Of a DNA stretch of 31,821 nucleotides, positions 9,542-17,414 are shown piece by piece (positions within the stretch are counted from its first letter, which is position 1; every line of letters begins with the position of its first letter). A program made the translations under genes and the position numbers. Source of the DNA: a virus (Duplodnaviria > Caudoviricetes); the IMG/VR virus record IMGVR_UViG_3300026484_000222, positions 1-31,821 of that record. One strand, written 5' to 3'. Under the pieces are notes generated by a model. That model saw only the letters and a program-made list of their open reading frames with translations, ran no database searches and had not been told where the DNA came from.

Positions 9542-10280
9542 GTTTAAATATAAAGCTTATCAGGTAACAGATGAAGGCACAGTAACGGAATGGAGCTGGG
9601 ACAACGAAACGATGAAATTTAGGACTCTCGGGAGAGAAAATTCTCCTGACGCAATGCCTGATGACGTCTTATTGGTTAAGGTATCGAGTATCCCAGATGA
9701 AAATGACCATTACATTGAAGAGGGTCAAAGAATTATGGATATATATGAATATGAGTACGAGGTTCAAGTATGCGGCTATACAGGCTGTTTTATAGCTGTT
9801 GATGACGAAGGTGCGTTTAAACAATTAAATGCAGTTAGCAACCCGTCTATCATTAGAAAATATCCATTGGCTATTGTAGAGGAATTGCAGGAAGTTAAAA
9901 GGAATGCCGAACCTAAAGAGATATATGACGGAATATTTGATTTTAAATTTAAAATTGACGCTCAAAACCTTGAAAGATACGCTAAAAAGATAAACGTATC
10001 CGTCACTTCTTTGCGTAAAAAAGAATTAAAAATCATAGATTGGGAAATGGATATTGCATTTGGACCGTTTGAAGATAAAAACGGAAAACTGCTGGGTGTA
10101 TATAGAAACGGGGTATATATTGTTAAAGATGTAGAATTAAACAAAGTGTCTTACGACAGAGTTATGGAGATGTATCAGAATATTACGGAATATAGCAGCT
10201 ATGTAAGCAGTGTTGAAATAGTTGCCAAAAAAGGCCAAGCTGTCGCAGAATCATACAAATTAAGCAGTAAAGGAGAGTAA
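9525..10280 (+). CDS. Hypothetical protein with degenerate YopX-like N-terminal domain
   Basis: FKYKAY...DENDHYIEEGQRI resembles YopX KFR...D-x-NG-x-EIYEGDI. Confidence 0.7.
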   Translation: MRFLSEFKYKAYQVTDEGTVTEWSWDNETMKFRTLGRENSPDAMPDDVLLVKVSSIPDENDHYIEEGQRIMDIYEYEYEVQVCGYTGCFIAVDDEGAFKQLNAVSNPSIIRKYPLAIVEELQEVKRNAEPKEIYDGIFDFKFKIDAQNLERYAKKINVSVTSLRKKELKIIDWEMDIAFGPFEDKNGKLLGVYRNGVYIVKDVELNKVSYDRVMEMYQNITEYSSYVSSVEIVAKKGQAVAESYKLSSKGE

Positions 10281-10622
10281 ATGATACATATAGAATTGAG
10301 TGACATATATGTTTATCAACCAGTATCTGATGATAACTTTTATAAAAACAAACCTTTTAGAATGAATATTACATTCTCAGGTCCTTTAAGATTTATAAGG
10401 GATAATTGGGAAACGAGTGTTCAAATTAAAAATATTGAAGTTTCAGAAGCCGTATATAACGGTAAACCTCTTGAAAAAGATGTGCTGGAGGAAATTAAAT
10501 GCGCAATTAAAACAAATCTAATATTCATTGTAACCGTATGTACCGATGAAACGGTTAAACTTAGCAATGACGGGTTGTTGGAAGCTGCATACGAGGCGCT
10601 TGACAGTCTTGATATTTTGTAA
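10281..10622 (+). CDS. Hypothetical protein
   Basis: AAGGAG RBS, TAA-ATG junction. Confidence 0.75.
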   Translation: MIHIELSDIYVYQPVSDDNFYKNKPFRMNITFSGPLRFIRDNWETSVQIKNIEVSEAVYNGKPLEKDVLEEIKCAIKTNLIFIVTVCTDETVKLSNDGLLEAAYEALDSLDIL

Positions 10623-10632
10623 AGGAATCCAA

Positions 10633-10842
10633 ATGAAAACTTACGTAATAAACGTTAAAGTGGTTAAAAAGATAGAGTACAGCTATGATTTACATGTAAT
10701 AGCTGATACTTGTGAAGAAGCTGCGAAAAAGGTAAAAGAAAAAGGCGAGGAAGAGCTATCCAGGGTAGTGGTGCCTTCATCAAAGATGAAAATCACTGCT
10801 GAAAAAATAACACTACAATACAAAGGAGAATACAATGGGTAA
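10633..10842 (+). CDS. Small hypothetical protein (DpnD/PcfM-like pattern, tentative)
   Basis: AAGGA RBS; MKTYVINV...VIADTCEEA. Confidence 0.65.
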   Translation: MKTYVINVKVVKKIEYSYDLHVIADTCEEAAKKVKEKGEEELSRVVVPSSKMKITAEKITLQYKGEYNG

Positions 10843-11218
10843 AACTTCATTAAAAATGCCGTGCTCAAACCCTGTAAATACGAATATTATTAAAGAAATA
10901 GATTGTTGGCAGATTGAATGTAATAACGGTAAAATAGTGGTTGCGCTTGATATAGATTACATTAATGATAACAAAAACTTTGTTGGACTTATAGATGTGG
11001 AAGACGCAATTACCGGAGAAGTTTTTATGATACCAATGACTTCTATATCTATTATAAAAATGGTTAAGCTGATTAGCGTTAAGTTCTATTGTGTGCCTAA
11101 AAATAGAAAAGGCAAAGAAACAGATAAATATATATGCCATTACACAATTCCTCATTGCAATGAATATGCGTTTGATGATTATGGTCAAAAACCTATTCAA
11201 TGGACACAGGAATCTTAA
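10835..11218 (+). CDS. Hypothetical protein
   Basis: AAGGAG RBS. Confidence 0.75.
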   Translation: MGKTSLKMPCSNPVNTNIIKEIDCWQIECNNGKIVVALDIDYINDNKNFVGLIDVEDAITGEVFMIPMTSISIIKMVKLISVKFYCVPKNRKGKETDKYICHYTIPHCNEYAFDDYGQKPIQWTQES

Positions 11219-11336
11219 ACGAAACTTAAGTGAAATTGCAAATAATGCAAAAATCCTTAAGCAATTCTTAAGAAAAGTGCGTTTTTGGGTATATAGAGAT
11301 ACACTGTTTTTGCCACTTTTCTTAAACTTTTCTTAA
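11214..11336. promoter_or_regulatory. Operator-like array: three CTTAA-N6-CTTAA pairs plus a 12-bp inverted repeat around a probable promoter
   Basis: CTTAA at 11214/11225, 11256/11267, 11321/11332; TTAAGAAAAGTG 11268-11279 pairs with CACTTTTCTTAA 11314-11325; ACTTTTCTTAA twice at 11315-11336. Confidence 0.6.
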
Positions 11337-11368
11337 AATCATTAAAATTTAAATAAAAGGAGAAATAA

Positions 11369-11599
11369 ATGAAAAATGTACTATTGATTAAAACAGAAAA
11401 CGGTATGGTAGTTGATGTAATTAACTATGGAAACAACTTAGAAGCTGCAAAAGAAGAGCTAAAACAGATTGTAAGAGACAACGTTGAGAGTAAATATTGG
11501 GTTAATGAATATATTAGAGGTATAGAAGAAGACGAGTTGTTTGTAAGCTGGACAAATAAATACGGAGAACAAGAAGCTGCAACTATTGTAGAAGTCTAA
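11369..11599 (+). CDS. Hypothetical protein
   Basis: AAGGAG RBS. Confidence 0.75.
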   Translation: MKNVLLIKTENGMVVDVINYGNNLEAAKEELKQIVRDNVESKYWVNEYIRGIEEDELFVSWTNKYGEQEAATIVEV

Positions 11600-11625
11600 T
11601 GTAAATAAAAACAAAGGAGAAGTCC

Positions 11626-11817
11626 ATGAGTAATATTGAAAAAGCAGTGAGATGGTTTAATATAAGAGGTATAAGCGCATACGAAGACGAGGGTAAAGTA
11701 TTTGTTCAGGTTAATGGATATGATGATACTGAGAACGTTGAAGTGTCAGCGGCTGAGATAGATTACAGAGCCGAATTGTTTGATGAAATGTATGGATATG
11801 ATGATGAAGACGATTAA
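11626..11817 (+). CDS. Small acidic protein, paralogue of 17223-17399
   Basis: AAGGAG RBS; KAVRWF...VEVSAAEIDYRA. Confidence 0.8.
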   Translation: MSNIEKAVRWFNIRGISAYEDEGKVFVQVNGYDDTENVEVSAAEIDYRAELFDEMYGYDDEDD

Positions 11818-12169
11818 TAAAAATGAATTAAATAAGGCGCTGGCGGAGATAAGAAATAACACATTTAAAAGTAACAACGGGACAACCGTAGTGCCTTATG
11901 ATGTCGTAAAGAAAACTTTCTTAGGTTTAATTAACGATAAATTTAACGAAAGAAACAAAAAAATAGAACATCCGGAACAATTAAATCTGATTCATAAACA
12001 TCAAATAGTTAACGGATGTAAAGTAACAGTTAGTGACGACAGAGCCGAAATTATAGATATGCTAACCTGTGACAGAACTGTTATATATAAAAATAAATAT
12101 AAAACATTAGGTGGTTTTAAGAGGGCCATAATTAGGAAAACGCTAAAAATCTGGATGGACAACTATTAA
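11798..12169 (+). CDS. Hypothetical basic protein (start 11798-11804)
   Basis: ORF fills the gap; ATG run at 11798/11801/11804. Confidence 0.7.
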   Translation: MMMKTINKNELNKALAEIRNNTFKSNNGTTVVPYDVVKKTFLGLINDKFNERNKKIEHPEQLNLIHKHQIVNGCKVTVSDDRAEIIDMLTCDRTVIYKNKYKTLGGFKRAIIRKTLKIWMDNY

Positions 12170-12180
12170 AAGGAGCAAGT

Positions 12181-12714
12181 ATGATTTTATTGAAAAGAAG
12201 TTTTGAAAGACTGCTGGAGCTTATCTCCGGTATGCCGATGCCCGTTATAGAAGTAAATGAAGATAACCGTGAGGTTGTTGTAAAAAATGCAAACGGGGCA
12301 ATTGGGTATGTGCTTGAAAACTATACGGATGAACAGGTTGAAACAATAAAAAGAGCAGTTGACGGTAACAGAATTAGAAACGAAAGGGAATTGAGAGCCC
12401 TTGAAATACTTGAGGAATTTTTAAGTTATGAAATAGACATTAGGGATTATGACAGCTTTTTTAAATTATACGATTTCGTGGAAGAGGAATATTGTGAACA
12501 GGATAAAACTGTTACCGGAACTATGATTATGTGTGTTGACAATTATAAAGTAGAAATGGATATGAAGGTAAATCTATTGGATGAAGAGGTCTATGTGTAT
12601 CAGGCGGAAGATTATCAAAAATGCGGTATTTATAATAGGTACTTTCTTGTAGAGTTTATAGCAAACATTATAAACTCTGTAAAATTTGGAAACAAATGCA
12701 ATGTAAAAAACTAA
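12181..12714 (+). CDS. Hypothetical protein
   Basis: AAGGAG RBS. Confidence 0.8.
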   Translation: MILLKRSFERLLELISGMPMPVIEVNEDNREVVVKNANGAIGYVLENYTDEQVETIKRAVDGNRIRNERELRALEILEEFLSYEIDIRDYDSFFKLYDFVEEEYCEQDKTVTGTMIMCVDNYKVEMDMKVNLLDEEVYVYQAEDYQKCGIYNRYFLVEFIANIINSVKFGNKCNVKN

Positions 12715-12726
12715 AAAGGAGCAAAA

Positions 12727-13824
12727 ATGCCAGATTGGACACACAATACAATAAAGTTTGAAAAAATGGACGATGAAGAAAAATTCAGGGAATTGAGGGT
12801 TAAATTAAAAATAAAAAACCTGTTTAATGATAGGAAAAATTACAAAGGGCTATTCTCACGTCTTCTTGAATTAAAAGATGGAGACGATATATATAAGGAG
12901 ATAGGGGCTAAATGGGATACCTCCAGGGAAGAGTTAAAGCGTATTGATGAAAATGAAATAGTTGTGGTAGGAGATACTCCGTGGGGACCTCCGGTTGAAG
13001 GGTTGAGAAAAGTATCAGAAAAATATAGCTGCAGGGTTGTAGATAATTATACTGATGAAACGAGGGAATCTGGAATTATTGTCTGCGAAAAAGGTGAAGT
13101 GATAGAAAATGTTCATTTCGAGAGCAAGGTAGATGAAGTATATTATTATTTGCAAAAGGGTGATGAAAAAGCGGCTAAAAGATATGTAAAATATTTAAAA
13201 ATGGCTTTTCAGGAAGACGACCCGACAGTGATGGCTTATGAGACGTACGGGGATAAACAGAAAATCCTGGAACTTGTGAAGAAATTCGGTGATGATAAAT
13301 TGTATAATGAAGTTGAGTTGTATTTAAATAATCAAAAAAGGAGCGCAACAATGATAGAAGATAATACTTTAAACGAATCAAAACAACCAGAAGGAGATAT
13401 TATGGAACAAAACAAAGCTACTAACGAAAAACCTGTTTACCAAGTTGTTGGCGATACGCCTGTCTTGGCTATCTGGTTTAAAACTATCGGGCAGGAGAAA
13501 TTTATATTTGAATCAAAAATTCTTACAATACCTGACCATGTAGAAAAAGAAGTGCTGCACATTAGTGAGATTTTAGATGCGTATGTAGAAAAGAAATATA
13601 AAACATACATTAAATGGAATGAATTCGGTGATGCACATCTTGTTCTAAAAGGAATTACATTTCCGCTAGAGCAAGTGAGTAAATTGATAGCCCGTGAGGA
13701 ATCTAATGAACTGTTCGAATACAGGCTTGAAAAAGCTGAAAAAATAATCAGGGCTTGTATCGAAAATATTGATGAAGTGTACCAAAAAGAAAATGTTGTT
13801 GAAGATATAAAGTTTACAATATAG
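12727..13824 (+). CDS. DUF1281/YubB (Api92-like ferredoxin-fold) domain protein with C-terminal extension
   Basis: MPDWTHN, GAKWD and DTPWGPP match the MPNW-x-x-N / WGTKW / TAWSPP family motifs. Confidence 0.75.
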   Translation: MPDWTHNTIKFEKMDDEEKFRELRVKLKIKNLFNDRKNYKGLFSRLLELKDGDDIYKEIGAKWDTSREELKRIDENEIVVVGDTPWGPPVEGLRKVSEKYSCRVVDNYTDETRESGIIVCEKGEVIENVHFESKVDEVYYYLQKGDEKAAKRYVKYLKMAFQEDDPTVMAYETYGDKQKILELVKKFGDDKLYNEVELYLNNQKRSATMIEDNTLNESKQPEGDIMEQNKATNEKPVYQVVGDTPVLAIWFKTIGQEKFIFESKILTIPDHVEKEVLHISEILDAYVEKKYKTYIKWNEFGDAHLVLKGITFPLEQVSKLIAREESNELFEYRLEKAEKIIRACIENIDEVYQKENVVEDIKFTI

Positions 13825-13829
13825 CAATC

Positions 13830-13956
13830 TAAAAGAAAGGAGCAAGCAGGTTTGCACCTCCCCCATAAGCTGAGGGCTTGCTCCTTTCCAAAAGAGGCGC
13901 TAAATGAACAGAGGAGACTTTCTAAAAAGTTCTGCGCTGCGGCTACTGATACCGGC
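13830..13956 (-). ncRNA. Putative ~125-nt structured antisense small RNA
   Basis: Minus-strand promoter upstream; GC-enriched; 13-bp closing stem 13835-13847/13876-13888 with two inner hairpins (GCAA tetraloop, G-U pair on minus strand) followed by a U-tract. Confidence 0.6.
13831..13888 (-). terminator. Branched intrinsic terminator-like structure
   Basis: GAAAGGAGCAAGC...GCUUGCUCCUUUC-UUUU on the minus strand. Confidence 0.55.
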
Positions 13957-13969
13957 AATGTTATTATAG
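13904..13969 (+). CDS. 21-aa peptide MNRGDFLKSSALRLLIPAMLL (Tat-signal-like)
   Basis: AAAGAGG RBS at 13891-13897, ATG 13904, TAG 13967-13969. Confidence 0.45.
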   Translation: MNRGDFLKSSALRLLIPAMLL

Positions 13970-13992
13970 CAAAAAAATATTTTATTAGTAAA
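13963..13992 (-). promoter_or_regulatory. Sigma70-type promoter with extended -10
   Basis: Minus strand reads TTTACT-N18-TATAAT, with TTTTTTTGC directly before the -10. Confidence 0.65.
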
Positions 13993-14021
13993 GACAATTA
14001 AAAAAAATAAAAGGAGCAAAT

Positions 14022-14699
14022 ATGGAAATAACAAACTATCTAGTGGAATATAAAGATTTTATAGTTGAGGTGTATCCTTCAACTCCCCATAAAGACGATG
14101 AGATTTTTACGGAAGACACTTTTAATCCTACGATGGTGTCTCCTGATGAGATGAGAGCTGGAATAGAGGAAACTGCTGCAAAAATCAGAGCGGAGTTTGA
14201 AAAAGAAATAGAGGCTGTAAAAGAGAAATACTGTGGAAAAATGCATTCTTATGAGAAATATCATGAAATTCTAAAAGAGCATCGTTATATATTTAATTGC
14301 GTTAAAGACGTGGGCATGCCTGATTATGGGTTAACTGGTAATAAGCTTGACAGTATGTATAACGTGTTGGAGTTTTTAAGAAAGGTTGACAGCGAAATCA
14401 AACAAATGAAATTAAATGAAAACAGAATTTATCTAGAGCCTCGAATGGAATATAGCGTTTGTGTTTATGGTGGTGACGACGCTGATGTAGATTCAATCTT
14501 TATTGACTTTGAATGTAAAGAAATAAAAATGCCAGATGAGAAAAAAATAAGAAGAATGGCCGCCAATGATTATTTATACAATAATGTGTTCCCTGTATTT
14601 AGATACGACTGCGAAGCCGTTGAGGACTATATAAACGGTGACCTTACGTGGAAAGGCTTTGTTAAGAAAATAAATCCGTTTTTAGAAAGACGTTGTTAA
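14022..14699 (+). CDS. Hypothetical protein
   Basis: AAGGAG RBS, 225-aa ORF. Confidence 0.8.
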   Translation: MEITNYLVEYKDFIVEVYPSTPHKDDEIFTEDTFNPTMVSPDEMRAGIEETAAKIRAEFEKEIEAVKEKYCGKMHSYEKYHEILKEHRYIFNCVKDVGMPDYGLTGNKLDSMYNVLEFLRKVDSEIKQMKLNENRIYLEPRMEYSVCVYGGDDADVDSIFIDFECKEIKMPDEKKIRRMAANDYLYNNVFPVFRYDCEAVEDYINGDLTWKGFVKKINPFLERRC

Positions 14700-14709
14700 A
14701 GGAGTTTAT

Positions 14710-15210
14710 ATGAAAAAAAATATAAAAAACGAAACAACTATAGAGCTTTTCTATAAAAACAAAAAAATTGCCACAGAAAAAAGAATTGTTTATGAGAGCG
14801 GAGAAATAGAAGAAAAATTTTTAAATCCGAATACAGGGAAATGGGTGAAATATTCTTCATTTATTAAAAAAGTAGAAATTGAGCCCGAGCACCTTGATTT
14901 AATAAGGGGTTGGTATTATAGTTCTCTGGCAAAACCGTTGTTTAATTATTACGGAAAGGTTAAAGCCGTAGTGGGTATAAGAGATAACGAAGACACTTAT
15001 AGTGTAGTGCTCGGCCCCTGGGATAAGTTTATAGCTAGAGTAAATGTAAATCCGTGGACTGTGGCAGATGTAACAATTAGGGATGAGCACCATCTGGTAA
15101 TTGAGACAAGTTATCACAAAGATGACAGCCAAACTAATTTGGATTACGCTATTGAAACATTGGAGACAATATTAAAAGAACTAAAAGCCAAAAAGGCAAG
15201 AGATGAATGA
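14710..15210 (+). CDS. Hypothetical protein
   Basis: AAGGAG RBS. Confidence 0.8.
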   Translation: MKKNIKNETTIELFYKNKKIATEKRIVYESGEIEEKFLNPNTGKWVKYSSFIKKVEIEPEHLDLIRGWYYSSLAKPLFNYYGKVKAVVGIRDNEDTYSVVLGPWDKFIARVNVNPWTVADVTIRDEHHLVIETSYHKDDSQTNLDYAIETLETILKELKAKKARDE

Positions 15211-15409
15211 TAAATACACCGTCAGGGCATATTTAAACGAAGAGTTTGCCGAGTCAAATTCCTCGGCGCCTTATTGTGTGGAAATCTACCTTGCTGATGA
15301 AAACGGAGACTATGTAGAGCTGATTGAATTCGAATACAAAGAAACAAAAGAAGAAGCTGAAAAGAGAATTAAAGAGATAAACGAGAAAGGAACAATAGAT
15401 GAAGATTAA
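15203..15409 (+). CDS. Small acidic hypothetical protein
   Basis: Overlapping start, AAGG RBS. Confidence 0.7.
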   Translation: MNDKYTVRAYLNEEFAESNSSAPYCVEIYLADENGDYVELIEFEYKETKEEAEKRIKEINEKGTIDED

Positions 15410-15662
15410 AATAAACGGGGCTAAAGACGGGATACCCACACATAGCGTAGTGATAAGCGATTGTGAAAAGGTAGAAATTAAAGCAGTTTATTTCACCAAA
15501 GAAGCAGCTATCAAAAAATGGGCGGAGATAGTAAAGCAGTTTTCTGACAGCGGAGATGTATTTGAAATTATAAAAGAGCATTATTATGCAAGACTTAAAG
15601 ACGGCAGACATATCGAAATACTTGACGCTAAGGCATACAAAGATATAACGTCTAACAAATAA
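15399..15662 (+). CDS. Hypothetical protein
   Basis: AAGGA RBS. Confidence 0.7.
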   Translation: MKIKINGAKDGIPTHSVVISDCEKVEIKAVYFTKEAAIKKWAEIVKQFSDSGDVFEIIKEHYYARLKDGRHIEILDAKAYKDITSNK

Positions 15663-15682
15663 ACCGTTGATAGGAGATAAAA

Positions 15683-16336
15683 ATGGACAATTCCAAAGAA
15701 GAAACCTTTGAGAAAATAAGAGAAAGCAGGGATTATTTAATAGAGTTCTGCTATTATGCAAAAATAACCAATAAAAAGCAGTTTATAGACTATTTTAACG
15801 TAAGCGATGGGACAGCTCAATACACGCTTGCAAAACATAAACTTAATTTCGCCAAACTAAGAAAGGAGCTGGTCCTTAAAGCTATAAAAGAAAAAATACA
15901 CTCAACGGAAATAATAGCAGATATACTGGGGTTGTCAGAGGCCACTGTCACAAGGCTCAAAGAGAAATTATACAGAGAGAAAAAGATTGATAAAAAAGCA
16001 TACACTAAAAAAAGAAATCTGCATTCAGGTAGAATTAAACGCCAACTAATAACAATGTTTGAAGAGGGAATGACAACTATGCAGATTTCAAAAGAATTAA
16101 GACTGTCGGGCAGAAAATTAAGAGAGTTAGTGGAATATTTCGGTTTACGGAAATATGTAAAAAAAAATCGAAAGATAGATACGCAGAAGCTGGATGAGCT
16201 GATAAGAAAATATCCCTCCGGCTCATCAAGAAAAATTGCTGCGTTAGTAGGCTGTAACGATAGCTATGTCAGAATCAGAAGAAGAAAAATATTAAGGAGC
16301 AACAATGAAAGTGGAAATAGTAAAAACTGTAGTTGA
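15683..16336 (+). CDS. Basic multi-HTH DNA-binding protein
   Basis: IADILGLSEATVTRL, MQISKELRLSGRKL, RKIAALVGCNDSYVR HTH-like repeats. Confidence 0.75.
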   Translation: MDNSKEETFEKIRESRDYLIEFCYYAKITNKKQFIDYFNVSDGTAQYTLAKHKLNFAKLRKELVLKAIKEKIHSTEIIADILGLSEATVTRLKEKLYREKKIDKKAYTKKRNLHSGRIKRQLITMFEEGMTTMQISKELRLSGRKLRELVEYFGLRKYVKKNRKIDTQKLDELIRKYPSGSSRKIAALVGCNDSYVRIRRRKILRSNNESGNSKNCS

Positions 16337-17120
16337 GGAATATGAGCTTACCGAAAAAGATGCTATAAAAGTTATAGAAGATTATGGCGGAGATGTTAAA
16401 GAATATATTCGAAACGAAATGGAGCCGTACGATGTTGATGAAACAATAGGGGAGGTAAATTATAATATAGACGAGCTGCGAAGTATAGAAGCTAAAATAA
16501 AAAACTTTTCTCCAAAGGACTGGTTTATCAAATACAGCAGCTCAAAGATTTCCTGCAAAAACAAAAAATTAAACGGTGCGGTTAATCCTACGGAAGAGCA
16601 AATGAAACTTATAAAAACATTAATGCCGTTTACGCATAAACACAATAGCAATTTCGGTCTGGAGTTTCAGGGAGTAAGGCTGTTTAAAGACTATGCCGAG
16701 GCCAGTGATTTAACTATATTGATTAGAATAAATACCGATACCGGACTACCTGATGAAATAGGATTTTCTTTGGTAGGCGAAGCGGCTTTAGAGTTTGATA
16801 GAAAAGATATCTTGCTGTGTAAGAATACGTTTGCAGTCAAGGTTGATAACGAATGTTTGATTTCGTCTAACTTAGTTGAAGGCTATATGGACACCCACAA
16901 AAAGCTAAATGTGGATAAAAACAAAGGAAAAGATATTAACCTTTATGAAATCGATACATCCGGAGAGCTGTGTGTTATAGGCAATAAACAGTTTAGAAGT
17001 AAGTACATCGCTAAAGTAGCAGATATATTAGGGAGCAGTTGGAAACATTATATTGAAGATGATGTTTTAAAGCTGTATAGCGATAATATAGAGATATATC
17101 TCTCAGCCGTGCTTATTTAA
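16305..17120 (+). CDS. Hypothetical protein with possible degenerate sliding-clamp-like domain
   Basis: FQGVRL...EASDLTIL and FRSKYI resemble beta-clamp LNGV...ATDGHRL and FN-x-x-YL. CDS solid, product tentative. Confidence 0.6.
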   Translation: MKVEIVKTVVEEYELTEKDAIKVIEDYGGDVKEYIRNEMEPYDVDETIGEVNYNIDELRSIEAKIKNFSPKDWFIKYSSSKISCKNKKLNGAVNPTEEQMKLIKTLMPFTHKHNSNFGLEFQGVRLFKDYAEASDLTILIRINTDTGLPDEIGFSLVGEAALEFDRKDILLCKNTFAVKVDNECLISSNLVEGYMDTHKKLNVDKNKGKDINLYEIDTSGELCVIGNKQFRSKYIAKVADILGSSWKHYIEDDVLKLYSDNIEIYLSAVLI

Positions 17121-17142
17121 ACGGCTTTCTTTCTTTTTTTTT
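17105..17142 (+). terminator. Intrinsic terminator
   Basis: AGCCGT/ACGGCT stem followed by a long T-rich tract (TTCTTTC then a T run). Confidence 0.75.
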
Positions 17143-17222
17143 GTTTAGTAGGAATTTAAAAATATTTAAGTTATATATAAATGGAACTGTTTTGTTCTAG
17201 CAAAATTTTAAAAGGGGTTTTT

Positions 17223-17399
17223 ATGCTTAATGAATCAATTATTAAAAAAGCAATTCTTTGGTATGAGATGAATTGCATTGAAGCCGAAGAAGATAACGGA
17301 CGGGTATATATAAAAGTTGAAAGATGTGAAAACTCTTTATGGGTCCAGGTAAGTGAAGAAGAGGTTAGATTAAGAGCTGTACAATACGAGGAATACTAA
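17223..17399 (+). CDS. Small acidic protein, paralogue of 11626-11817
   Basis: AAGGGG RBS; KAILWY...VQVSEEEVRLRA. Confidence 0.8.
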   Translation: MLNESIIKKAILWYEMNCIEAEEDNGRVYIKVERCENSLWVQVSEEEVRLRAVQYEEY

Positions 17400-17414
17400 A
17401 TAAAAGGAGAGCAA

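Noticed and set aside
13666-13866. Minus ORF MGEVQTCLL... starting inside the sRNA hairpin
   Set aside because: AAGGAG is about 15 nt from the ATG and sequestered, the ORF crosses the predicted terminator, and it then shadows a real gene.
13835-13888. tRNA, riboswitch or ribozyme identity for the branched hairpin
   Set aside because: No cloverleaf, TTC T-loop or CCA end; no hammerhead, TPP or c-di-GMP consensus recognised.
4124-17180. TATATA in four intergenic gaps (about 4125, 8183, 11290, 17172) as a phage-specific promoter
   Set aside because: Too short and AT-rich to separate from host -10 variants or chance without TSS data.
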